From the IMG/VR virus record IMGVR_UViG_3300045988_142756: 64,000 nucleotides of DNA; one strand, 5' to 3'. Positions 1 to 9,705 of the stretch are shown one piece after another. Origin of the DNA: a virus. A model generated the notes under the pieces. The model made no database searches. It worked only from the letters and a program-made list of their open reading frames with translations, and was not told where the DNA came from. The translations under genes and the position numbers were made by a program. Every line of letters starts with the position of its first letter. The first letter of the stretch is position 1.

Positions 1-120
1 TACCACTACTGGTAATGATTTCTATACCACTACTGGTAATGATTTCTATACCACTGTAGGTAATGAAAACATTACCACTGCTGATAATGATTCCATTACC
101 ACTAATTATAATAATAATTA
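1..120. repeat. five tandem 24-bp units beginning TACCACT (two identical, three degenerate); candidate origin iterons inside the initiator gene
   Basis: Units at 1-24 and 25-48 are identical (taccactactggtaatgatttcta). Units at 49-72, 73-96 and 97-120 keep the taccact core. The array may continue upstream of the window. Confidence 0.7.
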
Positions 121-778
121 TAATAAAAAAGATAATATAACTACTATAAATAGTAGTTACACGGAAACGGTTAATCACCGTTCCGATGATACTATAATTT
201 CTTCTAAAAATTCTTCCCCTAAATCGTTAAATAATTTTAATGAAAATATTATAGAAAATGCAAATTTAACAAAAGCAAATTCAGATTTGTTAAAAACTAA
301 AAAAGATAAAAATATTCAAAATAGATTAAATAAAGAAAAATCAATCTCAGTAATATATAAAAATAAAATTGCAAAGTTATTTAATGAAAATATTGCAAAA
401 TCGCTCTATAAGTGGATTGATGTTTTAGTTGAAAACAAGAAACTTATGACAAGCACACAATTTGATATGAGTATGTCAAAGTTAAAAGAACTTCAAAAAC
501 AGTATAAAGAATCGGAGATTATAGACTGTATAAACAATGCTGCGATGGCAGGATATAACAATTTTAACTATACTGTGCCAAAAACACAAAGTAATAAATA
601 CGCTAAACCAAATAGAACTTATGATATTCCCGCACCAAAGCCGGAAGATGGATATGGTGCACCTGATTTAATCGCAGAATATCAAAAACCTGGTATGAGT
701 AGAAGAGAAGCCTGGGAAGTATATGTTAAGGAAAGAGAGGAAGAAGCAAAAGAAACAGGAGAGTTGCTTTGGGTATAA
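2..778 (+). CDS. phage replisome organizer / DnaD-like initiator, 5'-truncated by window edge
   Basis: Frame 2 is open from nt 2 (TTTGNDFY TTTGNDFY TTVGNENI TTADNDSI...) and runs in frame into the listed 287..778 ORF. The C-terminal part (KSLYKWIDVLVENKKLMT...EIIDCINNAAMAGYNNF) fits the conserved phage replisome-organizer C-terminus pattern. It sits directly upstream of the loader and helicase genes. Confidence 0.55.
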   Translation, partial: TTTGNDFYTTTGNDFYTTVGNENITTADNDSITTNYNNNYNKKDNITTINSSYTETVNHRSDDTIISSKNSSPKSLNNFNENIIENANLTKANSDLLKTKKDKNIQNRLNKEKSISVIYKNKIAKLFNENIAKSLYKWIDVLVENKKLMTSTQFDMSMSKLKELQKQYKESEIIDCINNAAMAGYNNFNYTVPKTQSNKYAKPNRTYDIPAPKPEDGYGAPDLIAEYQKPGMSRREAWEVYVKEREEEAKETGELLWV

Positions 779-827
779 GATTTACAAAATTTATGATAAT
801 CAAAGTATAAAACATTAGAGGCAAACG

Positions 828-1517
828 ATGCAATATAACTATAAATTTGAAAAAGAAAAATGTTGGTACAGTCAAGTATGCAGTAAATATAACACTATGG
901 ACTGCAATGGTGGGTGTGTCAGATATATTAAATTCCATTATCTGGTAACAAACAGCCTTTTACCTGAAAAACAACAAAGACCTAAAAAACTTATGGTACC
1001 TAAAAAAGATATAGGTGCTTATAAAGAATTAAACAACATTAAAAACAATATTGTTGATTTTGTTAAAAACGGGGAGAATCTTTGTATATGCTCTAACTTT
1101 ACCGGTAACGGTAAAACTACCTGGGCGGTTAAACTACTTTTGAGATATTTCAATGAAATCTGGGCATATGATAGTTTTAATGTTCGTGGTTTATTTATAA
1201 ATACCGCTAAACTTTGCATTGCTGAAAAAGAAAAAATATCGGCAAATAGTGAGTATATAGAACACATTAAAAACAATATAGAAAAAGCAGATTTAGTTGT
1301 TTGGGACGATATTGGCATAAAAAGTCTTACTGATTTTGAACACGATTATTTGTATAGTTATATAAATGACCGTGTATTCAATGGAAAGAGTAACATATTC
1401 ACCACTAATGGTACATTAGATACGTTACCGGATATACTTGGTCCAAGACTTTATAGCAGAGTATGCAAGGACTGCACAGTTATTGAATTTAAGACAGGGG
1501 ATAGTCGCAAGGAGTAA
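828..1517 (+). CDS. DnaC/IstB-like AAA+ helicase loader
   Basis: Walker A FTGNGKTTWA and Walker B LVVWDDIG. Located immediately upstream of the DnaB-like gene. Confidence 0.75.
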   Translation: MQYNYKFEKEKCWYSQVCSKYNTMDCNGGCVRYIKFHYLVTNSLLPEKQQRPKKLMVPKKDIGAYKELNNIKNNIVDFVKNGENLCICSNFTGNGKTTWAVKLLLRYFNEIWAYDSFNVRGLFINTAKLCIAEKEKISANSEYIEHIKNNIEKADLVVWDDIGIKSLTDFEHDYLYSYINDRVFNGKSNIFTTNGTLDTLPDILGPRLYSRVCKDCTVIEFKTGDSRKE

Positions 1518-1520
1518 GAA

Positions 1521-2804
1521 ATGATTGAAGCACAAGTATTGAATTATATTCTTAATACGAAAGACTATTCTATAATTGTACTTAATGGTATAGATAGTAA
1601 ATACTTTCCGAATTATAAACAAGAATTTCAATTCATAACTGACCATTATAACAAATATGGCAATGTTTGTGATAAAGAAACATTTGTTAATAGATTTAAT
1701 AACTGGGAGTTTATTGATGTTCTTGAAACTAAGAAATATTTACTGGATAGTCTTGTTGAAGAATATGTATATAATCAAGCCGTACCTATTATAAAAAGAA
1801 GTGCTGACATTTTAACTAACGGAGATAGCCGTGAGGCAGTTGATTTCATCACTTCTAAAATGGCAACTCTTAATAAATGTTCCGGAATAGAAGCAGTAGA
1901 GTTATATAGCGACGTTGATAAAAGGTACGAACAATATTTAGATAAAGTAACAAATCAGAAAAAATATTTTATAACAACAGGATTTACAGAACTTGACGAA
2001 GTTCTTGGTGGTTGGGATAAAAACGAAGATTTTATTTTAATTGTTGCAAGAACTAATCAGGGAAAATCTTGGTGGGCTACTAAGTTTGCAAATGAAGCGG
2101 CAATAAAAGATAACATCACTGTTGGTATGTATAGTGGAGAAATGTCAGAAGATAAAGTAGGCTATAGACTTGATACTATTAACAGTAACATATCAAATTT
2201 CAAGTTACAGAAAGGCGTTGAAGAAGTACAACAAAGTTATTATCAATATGCCAAAGATTATAAAGGGTTAAAAAATAAATTTTATGTTTGTACTCCAAAC
2301 AGTCTTGGAGGTATGGCAACTGTTGCTAAACTAAAAGCGTTTGTAGAAAAATATAATATTGAATTACTTGTAGTTGACCAGTATTCTTTGCTTAAAGATG
2401 CTAATAATGCAAAAAATCGTAATGATAGATTTGAAGCATTATCAATGGAACTAAAGTTACTGCAAACACAATTAAAAATACCTATTATGGTAGTAGCACA
2501 GTTAAACAGGTCGGCAACAGGCAAAGATGTAACTAATCCAGAAACGGATATGATTGCAGGTAGTGACAGAATCGCACAAGATGCAACAACAATTATAAGT
2601 CTTAAACAACGTGAGAATAGTATTATGGAATTAAGAATTATGAAACATAGAGATGGACACGTTGGCGATAAATTACTATATAACTGGGACGCTGACTGTG
2701 CAAAATTTACTTATATGCCAGCAGAGGATGATGCTAAATCTGGAGATACTTGTGAGGAAACTCACAACAGATATAGAGCAGCAGATAGTGACGAACCATT
2801 CTAA
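1521..2804 (+). CDS. dnaB: DnaB-family replicative helicase
   Basis: GFTELDEVLGGW motif, Walker A ARTNQGKSWW, VVDQYSLL Walker B-like and VVAQLNR motifs. 427 aa. Confidence 0.85.
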   Translation: MIEAQVLNYILNTKDYSIIVLNGIDSKYFPNYKQEFQFITDHYNKYGNVCDKETFVNRFNNWEFIDVLETKKYLLDSLVEEYVYNQAVPIIKRSADILTNGDSREAVDFITSKMATLNKCSGIEAVELYSDVDKRYEQYLDKVTNQKKYFITTGFTELDEVLGGWDKNEDFILIVARTNQGKSWWATKFANEAAIKDNITVGMYSGEMSEDKVGYRLDTINSNISNFKLQKGVEEVQQSYYQYAKDYKGLKNKFYVCTPNSLGGMATVAKLKAFVEKYNIELLVVDQYSLLKDANNAKNRNDRFEALSMELKLLQTQLKIPIMVVAQLNRSATGKDVTNPETDMIAGSDRIAQDATTIISLKQRENSIMELRIMKHRDGHVGDKLLYNWDADCAKFTYMPAEDDAKSGDTCEETHNRYRAADSDEPF

Positions 2805-3745
2805 TGATAACAGTAGCAGGTAGACAACTTAATACCAGTGTATTAGAAGTTATTCAAGCACTTAGACAGTATATGCTTGATTTAGGTGAGGATTATTTTC
2901 ACGACATTAAAGATGTTGGTAATGATATAATGCTTACTTGTCCGAGGCATTCTAATCATAACGAAAGAAAACCGTCTTGTGGTGTTAGAAAGACTGACGG
3001 GTTTTGTCATTGTTTCACTTGCGGTTATGCTGTACCATTTGAAGAAATGATAAGCAATGTAATGGGTTATGATGACGGCGGTATAAAAGGAATACAATGG
3101 TTGTTTACGAATTTTATTGAAACTATATATAATATTCGTAACGATATAGAGATACCTGTTAGAAATGAAATATCCAGGTCAAATACATATATAACAGATG
3201 ATGTATTAGATAAATATCGTTATTATCATAAATATATGTGGAAACGTGGACTGACGGAAGATATAGTTGATAAATTTGATATAGGGTATAATAAAGAAAA
3301 TAATACTATAACATTTCCAGTTAATGACATAAAAGGTAATTGTGTATTTGTTGCTGAAAGAAGTGTTATAGGTAAATTTTTCCACTATCCAAAATCAAGT
3401 GAGAAACCTGTTTATGCGTTAGATAAAATTGTTAAGAATAATATTAAAGAAGTGTATGTAGTAGAATCTTTTTTTAATTGCTTAACATTATGGAAATGGG
3501 GACGACCTGCTGTTGCTTTAATGGGTGCAAGTTTAACTGACTATCAAAAAAAGCAATTAGAAAAAACTGATATAAAAAGATTTATACTTTGCTTTGACGG
3601 AGATTCGGCAGGAAGGAAAGGTGCTAAAAGGTTTGAAGAACTAATGCCAAATAAACTGATTAAAGTTATAGATATGTATGAAGGAAAAGATGTAAATGAT
3701 TTAACTTTAGAACAGTTTGAAAAACTTGAGAAAAAATATTTATAA
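2804..3745 (+). CDS. dnaG: DnaG-like primase (zinc finger + TOPRIM)
   Basis: N-terminal CPRHSNHNERKPSCGV...CHCFTCG zinc finger. TOPRIM-like VVESFFNCL and CFDGDSAGRKG motifs. Confidence 0.8.
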   Translation: MITVAGRQLNTSVLEVIQALRQYMLDLGEDYFHDIKDVGNDIMLTCPRHSNHNERKPSCGVRKTDGFCHCFTCGYAVPFEEMISNVMGYDDGGIKGIQWLFTNFIETIYNIRNDIEIPVRNEISRSNTYITDDVLDKYRYYHKYMWKRGLTEDIVDKFDIGYNKENNTITFPVNDIKGNCVFVAERSVIGKFFHYPKSSEKPVYALDKIVKNNIKEVYVVESFFNCLTLWKWGRPAVALMGASLTDYQKKQLEKTDIKRFILCFDGDSAGRKGAKRFEELMPNKLIKVIDMYEGKDVNDLTLEQFEKLEKKYL

Positions 3746-3773
3746 AAAAATTAAAAAATTTATATTAAAACGG

Positions 3774-3802
3774 TTTACAAAATTAAAGTCTTAATATATA
3801 AT
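3774..3802 (+). promoter_or_regulatory. sigma-70-like promoter (TTTACA-17-TATAAT), followed by TGTAAA
   Basis: TTTACA at 3774-3779 and TATAAT at 3797-3802. Same architecture as six other intergenic sites in this window. Confidence 0.6.
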
Positions 3803-3879
3803 AAATAATGTAAAAAGGATATAGGAAGTGACGACCCTATTATCAACAAAAAATAAAACGTCAAAATTGAGGTACAAAA

Positions 3880-4830
3880 ATGTTAGCAACTTTTGATTCA
3901 AGAAAATCTTACTTTAACGACATCGGAACACAAATCACCGGCACACAAAAAACAGCGGAAGCACTTAAAATCAGTGGACTTGATTATCAAGTAGAAAAGA
4001 AAGAAATTTATCTTGCTGATGGAACATTGGTTAAAGATAAATTTGCAACCGTACGCAAAGATACAAATGATATTCTTGGCGTTGTAGGTAAAAACTTCAA
4101 TATCGTACAAAACCAACAAGCATTTTCGTTCATTGACGAAATCATTGGCAACGGTGGAGCAGATTTTGAAACCGCTGGTGTTATTGATAATGGGCGAGGT
4201 GCTTTTGTGTTAGCAAAAACAGACCCTATTCAAATTTTGGACGACCCGTTTGACCCTTATATTTTGTTCAGTAACTACCACGACGGAAGTGGCGCCTTAA
4301 AAGTTATGTTTACACCTATTCGTGTATGGTGCCAAAACTGCTTGGCAGTGGCTTCAAAACAAGCGTCCCTTAAACTTTCAATTAAACACAGCAACCAGGT
4401 TATGAGCAAACTTCAAACGGCAGCGGTTGTAATGAAAAATCACGCTGTATATATTGAAGATGTTAAGAAAGATGCAGAAATACTTGCAGTAACACCTTTT
4501 ACCAGAGAACAGTTTGAAGACAGTCTGTATAAACTTATTCCTACAAAAGAAGATGCCACAAATACTATTTTAAGTAGAGCAGAAGATGCAAGAGTAGAAC
4601 TTCTTAGGGCTTATGACCAAGCTGACCTTCAAAACTTTAACAATTCAGCGTGGAAAGCATTACAAGCAGTATCTGATTACGCTTCGCATTATCTTCCTAA
4701 ACGCGATACAAATAACCCTCTTATTTATATGCAGCGTGTACAAAATGGTGAGATTGCTGCAATGCTTGGACTTATGATTGCTATCGTAGTAGCAAAAAAC
4801 CCGGCGTTAAAACTCAATCTTAAATACTAA
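3880..4830 (+). CDS. DUF932-like phage/plasmid protein
   Basis: Length and pattern (GTQKTAEALK...LDYQVEK...VRKDTNDILGVVGKNFNIVQNQQAF) resemble the DUF932 family, recalled from memory. RBS GAGG lies upstream. Confidence 0.5.
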   Translation: MLATFDSRKSYFNDIGTQITGTQKTAEALKISGLDYQVEKKEIYLADGTLVKDKFATVRKDTNDILGVVGKNFNIVQNQQAFSFIDEIIGNGGADFETAGVIDNGRGAFVLAKTDPIQILDDPFDPYILFSNYHDGSGALKVMFTPIRVWCQNCLAVASKQASLKLSIKHSNQVMSKLQTAAVVMKNHAVYIEDVKKDAEILAVTPFTREQFEDSLYKLIPTKEDATNTILSRAEDARVELLRAYDQADLQNFNNSAWKALQAVSDYASHYLPKRDTNNPLIYMQRVQNGEIAAMLGLMIAIVVAKNPALKLNLKY

Positions 4831-4848
4831 TCAAAGGAGTTGAAAGCA

Positions 4849-5478
4849 ATGAACGCAACTTTCAAAATGTTATCAACATTAAGGGACGAAAAATACGCAA
4901 AAATGGCTAATGAAGAATTAGCCATTGCGTACCAACATTCAGACTTAAATGCGTCTATACTTGCTGAGATGTATTGTAGGAACTTTACAATATTGTATAA
5001 TCTTGCAAGTAAATTTTATTCAATTCCGGAAGATGACAAAGCAAGTATAATAACACAACAACTCAATATCACAATGCAAGCGTTTGACGCTAATAAAGGT
5101 GTTAAATATATAACGTTTGCTATAAAAGATATAAACGAAAAATTCGTAGCATATCTTCAGAAATATAGCCGTAAAGGAAGAATAAATTTCTGTGATTGTA
5201 GTAGTTTAAGTAACGATACCGAGGACAACACAGGTTATGATAACGACGATAACTTTATCGCATATAATCATTTCGACAATTATATGAGTGAAGTTGAACT
5301 CATTGATACGATTAAACATAGTAATTTATCTTTAATTGAGAAAAAGGTATGTTATTTATTTATGAAAAGTGATACCTGTACAAGAGAAGAGATTGCGAAT
5401 AAACTCGGTGTAAGCAGACAAACAGTTCAGATTGCTGTTAAAAATCTTAAGCAAAAATTAAAGTTTGTACTTGACTAA
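4849..5478 (+). CDS. sigma-factor-like transcription regulator (region-4 HTH)
   Basis: C-terminal TREEIANKLGVSRQTVQIAVKNLKQKL is a sigma region 4 / HTH pattern. The ATG at 4849 has an AAAGGAG RBS 9 nt upstream, whereas the ORF-track TTG at 4840 abuts the RBS. Confidence 0.5.
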   Translation: MNATFKMLSTLRDEKYAKMANEELAIAYQHSDLNASILAEMYCRNFTILYNLASKFYSIPEDDKASIITQQLNITMQAFDANKGVKYITFAIKDINEKFVAYLQKYSRKGRINFCDCSSLSNDTEDNTGYDNDDNFIAYNHFDNYMSEVELIDTIKHSNLSLIEKKVCYLFMKSDTCTREEIANKLGVSRQTVQIAVKNLKQKLKFVLD

Positions 5479-5479
5479 A

Positions 5480-5510
5480 TTTACAATTTTAGTAGTTTCA
5501 AAAGTATATT
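5480..5510 (+). promoter_or_regulatory. promoter-like TTTACA-19-TATATT
   Basis: TTTACA at 5480-5485 and AGTATATT ending at 5510. Confidence 0.4.
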
Positions 5511-5537
5511 ACATTGAATACAATGGTTGAGGTATAT

Positions 5538-5660
5538 ATGAAATTAGCGAAAAAACTTTCAGTATGGTTCTACCGATGGGCTTGGAAAATAAAACCTATC
5601 GATAAAAATACACAAAATAATAAAAAACAAGGAGACACAAAAACAAATGGGAAAAATTAG
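5538..5660 (+). CDS. possible 40-aa leader or small basic peptide overlapping the SSB start
   Basis: ATG with a GAGG RBS 7 nt upstream. Encodes MKLAKKLSVWFYRWAWKIKPIDKNTQNNKKQGDTKTNGKN. Below the ORF-track cutoff. Confidence 0.25.
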   Translation: MKLAKKLSVWFYRWAWKIKPIDKNTQNNKKQGDTKTNGKN

Positions 5661-6408
5661 TTACAAAGACATTGACAACTATTCTTCTTCTGAAAACAAC
5701 ACAACTTTCTTTACTCTTTCAAATGATGGCGATAGTGCTATCGTAAGAATTCTTGCAGACTCTATCGACGATGTATTTATTACACCTGTACACGAAAATG
5801 TCGATGTAGACGGTGTTCAGCGTAAAGTAAATTGTCTTAGAAAACCTAACGGTTCTATTGACGATTGCCCGTTCTGTAAAGCAGGTATGCGAGTATCTAT
5901 TAAGATGTATCTTGAACTTCTTGTCTATGAACAGGATAAAAGAGGTAATCCTACTGGAAAATATACTTACGAAGTATGGGAACGCGGCAAAAAATATATC
6001 AATAAAATTACAGCACTTAGTGCGAGATACGCATCTAAGAAACCTCTGACAGATATGCTTTTTGAAATTACGCGTAACGGCGAAAAAGGCGACCAGAATA
6101 CTTCTTATGAAATCTTCCCTATTACAGATACAGAATTCTATGATATCTGCACTTATAACGAAGATGACTTGCCGGAACCTTTTGACCCCATTGGTAAGAT
6201 GGTTATGAAAAAAGATTTTGATGAAATGGATTACTACACTAAAAAGGGTAGATTTCCTAAAACAGAATCTCGTGAAAAAGTAGAAAAAGATAAACCGCCT
6301 TTTGATACGGAAGATGAAGAAGTTGTAGAAGAAAGAACTTCAAGACGAGTTGTAGAAGAAGACGAAGAAGAGGAACAGCCTGTTCGTAGAACAAGGAGAC
6401 TCGGATAA
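5647..6408 (+). CDS. gp32-like single-stranded DNA-binding protein with zinc motif and acidic tail
   Basis: H-x13-C-x10-C-x2-C (HENVDVDG...CLRKPNGSIDDCPFC) is close to the T4 gp32 zinc site spacing. Highly acidic C-terminus (EEDEEEEQ). Confidence 0.6.
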   Translation: MGKISYKDIDNYSSSENNTTFFTLSNDGDSAIVRILADSIDDVFITPVHENVDVDGVQRKVNCLRKPNGSIDDCPFCKAGMRVSIKMYLELLVYEQDKRGNPTGKYTYEVWERGKKYINKITALSARYASKKPLTDMLFEITRNGEKGDQNTSYEIFPITDTEFYDICTYNEDDLPEPFDPIGKMVMKKDFDEMDYYTKKGRFPKTESREKVEKDKPPFDTEDEEVVEERTSRRVVEEDEEEEQPVRRTRRLG

Positions 6409-8657
6409 TGCTTAAAAATTCACTTATAGGTGATTTAAGCAGAAATAAAGTTTCCGATAAACAACTTATTAAACAGACAAAATTGTCGTCAAGTAAATCG
6501 TTCAGAACTAACACTATTCAGAATAAACTTGATTTAATTAAAGTAAATGTTAATAAATATTTAGGTAAATATTCGGATATTGTTGAAGTTGTACGGACGG
6601 AAGAACGACTTAAAGAATTTATAGATAATGCCGTCAAAAACGGCATTATTTCTATAGATACTGAAACTGATGGCTTAAACCCTCTTGTCAATCATATTAT
6701 AGGCGTTTGTTTATATACTCCAAACGAAAAGGCTATCTATATTCCCACACGCCATAAGAGTTATGTAACGCAACAATTATTATCTAATCAGTTACAACCT
6801 GAAATATTAGAAAAATATTTCAATTTAATTAAAGATAATAATGTGAAAGTTATAATGCACAATGCTAAGTTCGATAAGCGATTTATTAACTCTAACTATA
6901 ACGTTAATTTGGATATATACTGGGATACTATGCTTGCAGCAAGATGTATAAATAATCTTGAATCTGCAGCATTAAAATTTCAGTATTCCGATAAACTCGA
7001 AAAGCATAAAAAAGAATATGATTTTGAGTCGTTATTTAGAGGTATGGAACAGGCGCTTATACCTGTAGATGTGTTTTATTTATACGCCGCTGTTGACGCT
7101 TATATAACATATAAACTCTATTTGTGGCAGGAAGAAAAATTCAAAGAGTTACCAAGAGTTTATAATGTGTTTAAGAATATAGAGGTACCCCTTATAGAAG
7201 TAGTATCAGCAATGGAGGATACTGGTATTTCTTTGGATATTGATTACGCAAAAACACTTAGTGTTAAATATCATAAATTACTTGACGAAGCATATAAGAA
7301 TGTTGAAAAAGAATTAAAACCGTATAATGCTAAAATAAAAGAGTTTGCGGATAAAGGTAAGAAAATCGAGTATCCGATGAATATAACAAGCCCTACTCAG
7401 TTAGCAGTTTTATTCTATGATATACTTGAAATACCGCCGGTAGATAAGAAGAAACCGCGTGGTACAGGTGAAGAAATACTTGTTAAAATTGATTTGCCTA
7501 TATGTAAAGCAATCTTAGAGGTTAGAAAACTTGAAAAACTTATCGGTACATATATTGATAAATTGCCAGAAGTTGTCTTAAACGACGGTAAAATACACGC
7601 AAGTTTTAATCAATATGGTGCAGACACAGGTAGATTTAGTTCAAGTGACCCTAATCTACAGAATATTCCGTCACATAATAAAGACATTAGAAAGATGTTT
7701 ATAGCATCACCGGGTTATTATATGGCGTCAATGGACTATTCTAAACAAGAACCTTTTACACTTGCCGAATTTAGTCAAGACGAAAAATTTATGGCTAACT
7801 TTAACGGTGGTAAAGATGTATATGCGATGATTGCCTCGGACGTTTATAAAAAACCTTATGACCAGTGTCTTGAATTTAATCCTGACGGCACAACTAATCC
7901 GGAAGGAAAAGAAAGAAGAAGTAACGCAAAATCTATTTTGCTTGGAATTATGTATTCGAGAGGTGCTAATAGTATTGCAGAACAGACAGGTTCGACTGTA
8001 AAAGAGGCACAAGCGATTATTGATAGTTTTCATAAATCTTATCCACAAGCGGATAAATGGATTAAGCAAACAGTCGAAGACGCAAAGAAAAACGGGTATG
8101 TAGAAACTCTTGCCGGTAGAAGAAGACAGATACCGGATATGTTATTACCCGAATACAGTTATGAACTAATTTCAAGTAAACCTGTAGATTTTAATCCTAT
8201 GTTATTCAATACTGAAACGGAATTATCTTTTGAAGTTGACGAAAAAACAAAGCAAGTTTATAATAATAAATTGAAAAATTGTTTTAAGTTTACGGAAAAA
8301 CAGAAAATCATTGAAGACGCATATAAAAATGGTATTAAAATTAAAGACAATTCGTTAAAAGTAGGAGATGCCACAAGGCAATGCGTTAATAGTAGAATAC
8401 AAGGTAGTGCTGCTGATATGACAAAATCGTCAATGATTAACATCTACAATAATAAACGGCTTAAAGAATTAGGTTGTAGATTATTAGTATGTATTCACGA
8501 CGAAGTTATTGTTGAAGCACCTAAAGAAAATGCAAAAGAAGCATTTGAATTAGTATCTAAAATAATGGTAGATTCTGCAAAACAATTTATTCATTTACCG
8601 ATAAAATGCGACGCAGAGGTTACAGAACAGTGGTACGGTAAATCTATTGAATTATAG
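6408..8657 (+). CDS. polA: family A DNA polymerase (Pol I-like) with 3'-5' exonuclease domain
   Basis: Exo motifs ISIDTETDGL, HNAKFD and YAAVDAYITYKL. Polymerase motif A MDYSKQEP, motif B RSNAKSILLGIMYSRG and motif C CIHDEVIVE. Confidence 0.9.
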   Translation: MLKNSLIGDLSRNKVSDKQLIKQTKLSSSKSFRTNTIQNKLDLIKVNVNKYLGKYSDIVEVVRTEERLKEFIDNAVKNGIISIDTETDGLNPLVNHIIGVCLYTPNEKAIYIPTRHKSYVTQQLLSNQLQPEILEKYFNLIKDNNVKVIMHNAKFDKRFINSNYNVNLDIYWDTMLAARCINNLESAALKFQYSDKLEKHKKEYDFESLFRGMEQALIPVDVFYLYAAVDAYITYKLYLWQEEKFKELPRVYNVFKNIEVPLIEVVSAMEDTGISLDIDYAKTLSVKYHKLLDEAYKNVEKELKPYNAKIKEFADKGKKIEYPMNITSPTQLAVLFYDILEIPPVDKKKPRGTGEEILVKIDLPICKAILEVRKLEKLIGTYIDKLPEVVLNDGKIHASFNQYGADTGRFSSSDPNLQNIPSHNKDIRKMFIASPGYYMASMDYSKQEPFTLAEFSQDEKFMANFNGGKDVYAMIASDVYKKPYDQCLEFNPDGTTNPEGKERRSNAKSILLGIMYSRGANSIAEQTGSTVKEAQAIIDSFHKSYPQADKWIKQTVEDAKKNGYVETLAGRRRQIPDMLLPEYSYELISSKPVDFNPMLFNTETELSFEVDEKTKQVYNNKLKNCFKFTEKQKIIEDAYKNGIKIKDNSLKVGDATRQCVNSRIQGSAADMTKSSMINIYNNKRLKELGCRLLVCIHDEVIVEAPKENAKEAFELVSKIMVDSAKQFIHLPIKCDAEVTEQWYGKSIEL

Positions 8658-8688
8658 TTTACAAAAAACCAATATAACTTAGTATAAT
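8658..8688 (+). promoter_or_regulatory. promoter-like TTTACA-19-TATAAT in front of the dpdA cassette
   Basis: TTTACA at 8658-8663 and AGTATAAT ending at 8688, in the 48-bp gap after polA. Confidence 0.45.
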
Positions 8689-8705
8689 ATATTGAGGTAA
8701 TTGAT

Positions 8706-9620
8706 ATGAGTTTTGATTTATATTTTGCAGGTAGTAGAGGCAAGGTATGCGATAACTGGTTATATATGAACGACTGTAACAGATTGTACAGTCAATTGAA
8801 TAACCGGTCAGATATAAAATATTTTTGTGAAAATGCAACTTCTTCAAAATCAAAGTTATTTATTGACTCGGGTGCTTTTTCTGCACATACAAAAGGGGCA
8901 GAAGTAGATGTTGATGATTACATAAATTATGTTAATTCTCTCGACAATAAAGTTACTATATTTGCACAAGTTGATAAGATTCCTGGCACATTTGGTAAAG
9001 CCAGAACTATTCAGGAAATAGAAGAAGCACCTGCTATAAGTTGGGATAACTACTTATATATGAGAGAAAGATTAGTTTCTCCTGATAAATGTTTACCTGT
9101 TTTTCACCAAGGTGAAGATTTTAAGTGGCTTGATAATATGTTAGAGGCTACATTTAATGGTAAACATATCCCATATATTGGAATATCTCCAAGCAATGAT
9201 TTAACTGTTAAAAGAAAGGAAACATTTATTCAAGAGTGCTTTAAGCATATAAAGAAATCGAATAATCCTGATGTTAAAACACACGCTTTCGGAATGACAT
9301 CGCTTAAAGTTTTGGAACGTTACCCCTTTTATAGTGCGGATTCCACTACTTGGTTAATAATTGCGGCTATGGGAAGTGTTATGACCCCTTGGGGAACTTT
9401 ATACGTTAGTTCAAGGGAATACAGTGAGGATAATGTTAACTGCTTACCTGATAAGGCTAAAAATGTTATTATTGAATATTTTGATTCTTTAGGGTTTAGT
9501 ATGCAAGATTTATCCGAAAAGAATGAAGCAAGAGCCTTGGCAAATTGTATGTTTCTTAAAAAATGGGCGGATAGTTATCAGTATAAACCTGCTACTACTT
9601 TTAAGAATAAATTATTTTAA
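8706..9620 (+). CDS. dpdA: DpdA-like DNA (7-deazaguanine) transglycosylase, TGT superfamily
   Basis: KLFIDSGAFSAH corresponds to the TGT DSGGFQ substrate motif in its DpdA form. A second Asp motif is YSADSTTW. 304 aa. Located next to a YhhQ-type transporter gene. Confidence 0.65.
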   Translation: MSFDLYFAGSRGKVCDNWLYMNDCNRLYSQLNNRSDIKYFCENATSSKSKLFIDSGAFSAHTKGAEVDVDDYINYVNSLDNKVTIFAQVDKIPGTFGKARTIQEIEEAPAISWDNYLYMRERLVSPDKCLPVFHQGEDFKWLDNMLEATFNGKHIPYIGISPSNDLTVKRKETFIQECFKHIKKSNNPDVKTHAFGMTSLKVLERYPFYSADSTTWLIIAAMGSVMTPWGTLYVSSREYSEDNVNCLPDKAKNVIIEYFDSLGFSMQDLSEKNEARALANCMFLKKWADSYQYKPATTFKNKLF

Positions 9621-9642
9621 TAATAAACTGTTATAGAATTTT

Positions 9643-9697
9643 GCTGAAGTTAGGTATTCCTTATAATCCTTCAGCTTAAATAATAAAACATAAGGAG
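9643..9697 (+). promoter_or_regulatory. hairpin plus possible SD-sequestering pseudoknot upstream of yhhQ (riboswitch-like candidate)
   Basis: 7-bp stem GCTGAAG (9643-9649) / CTTCAGC (9669-9675). Loop TCCTTAT (9658-9664) is complementary to ATAAGGA (9690-9696), which contains the yhhQ Shine-Dalgarno. An A-rich linker lies between them. Confidence 0.35.
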
Positions 9698-9705
9698 ATT
9701 TTTCT

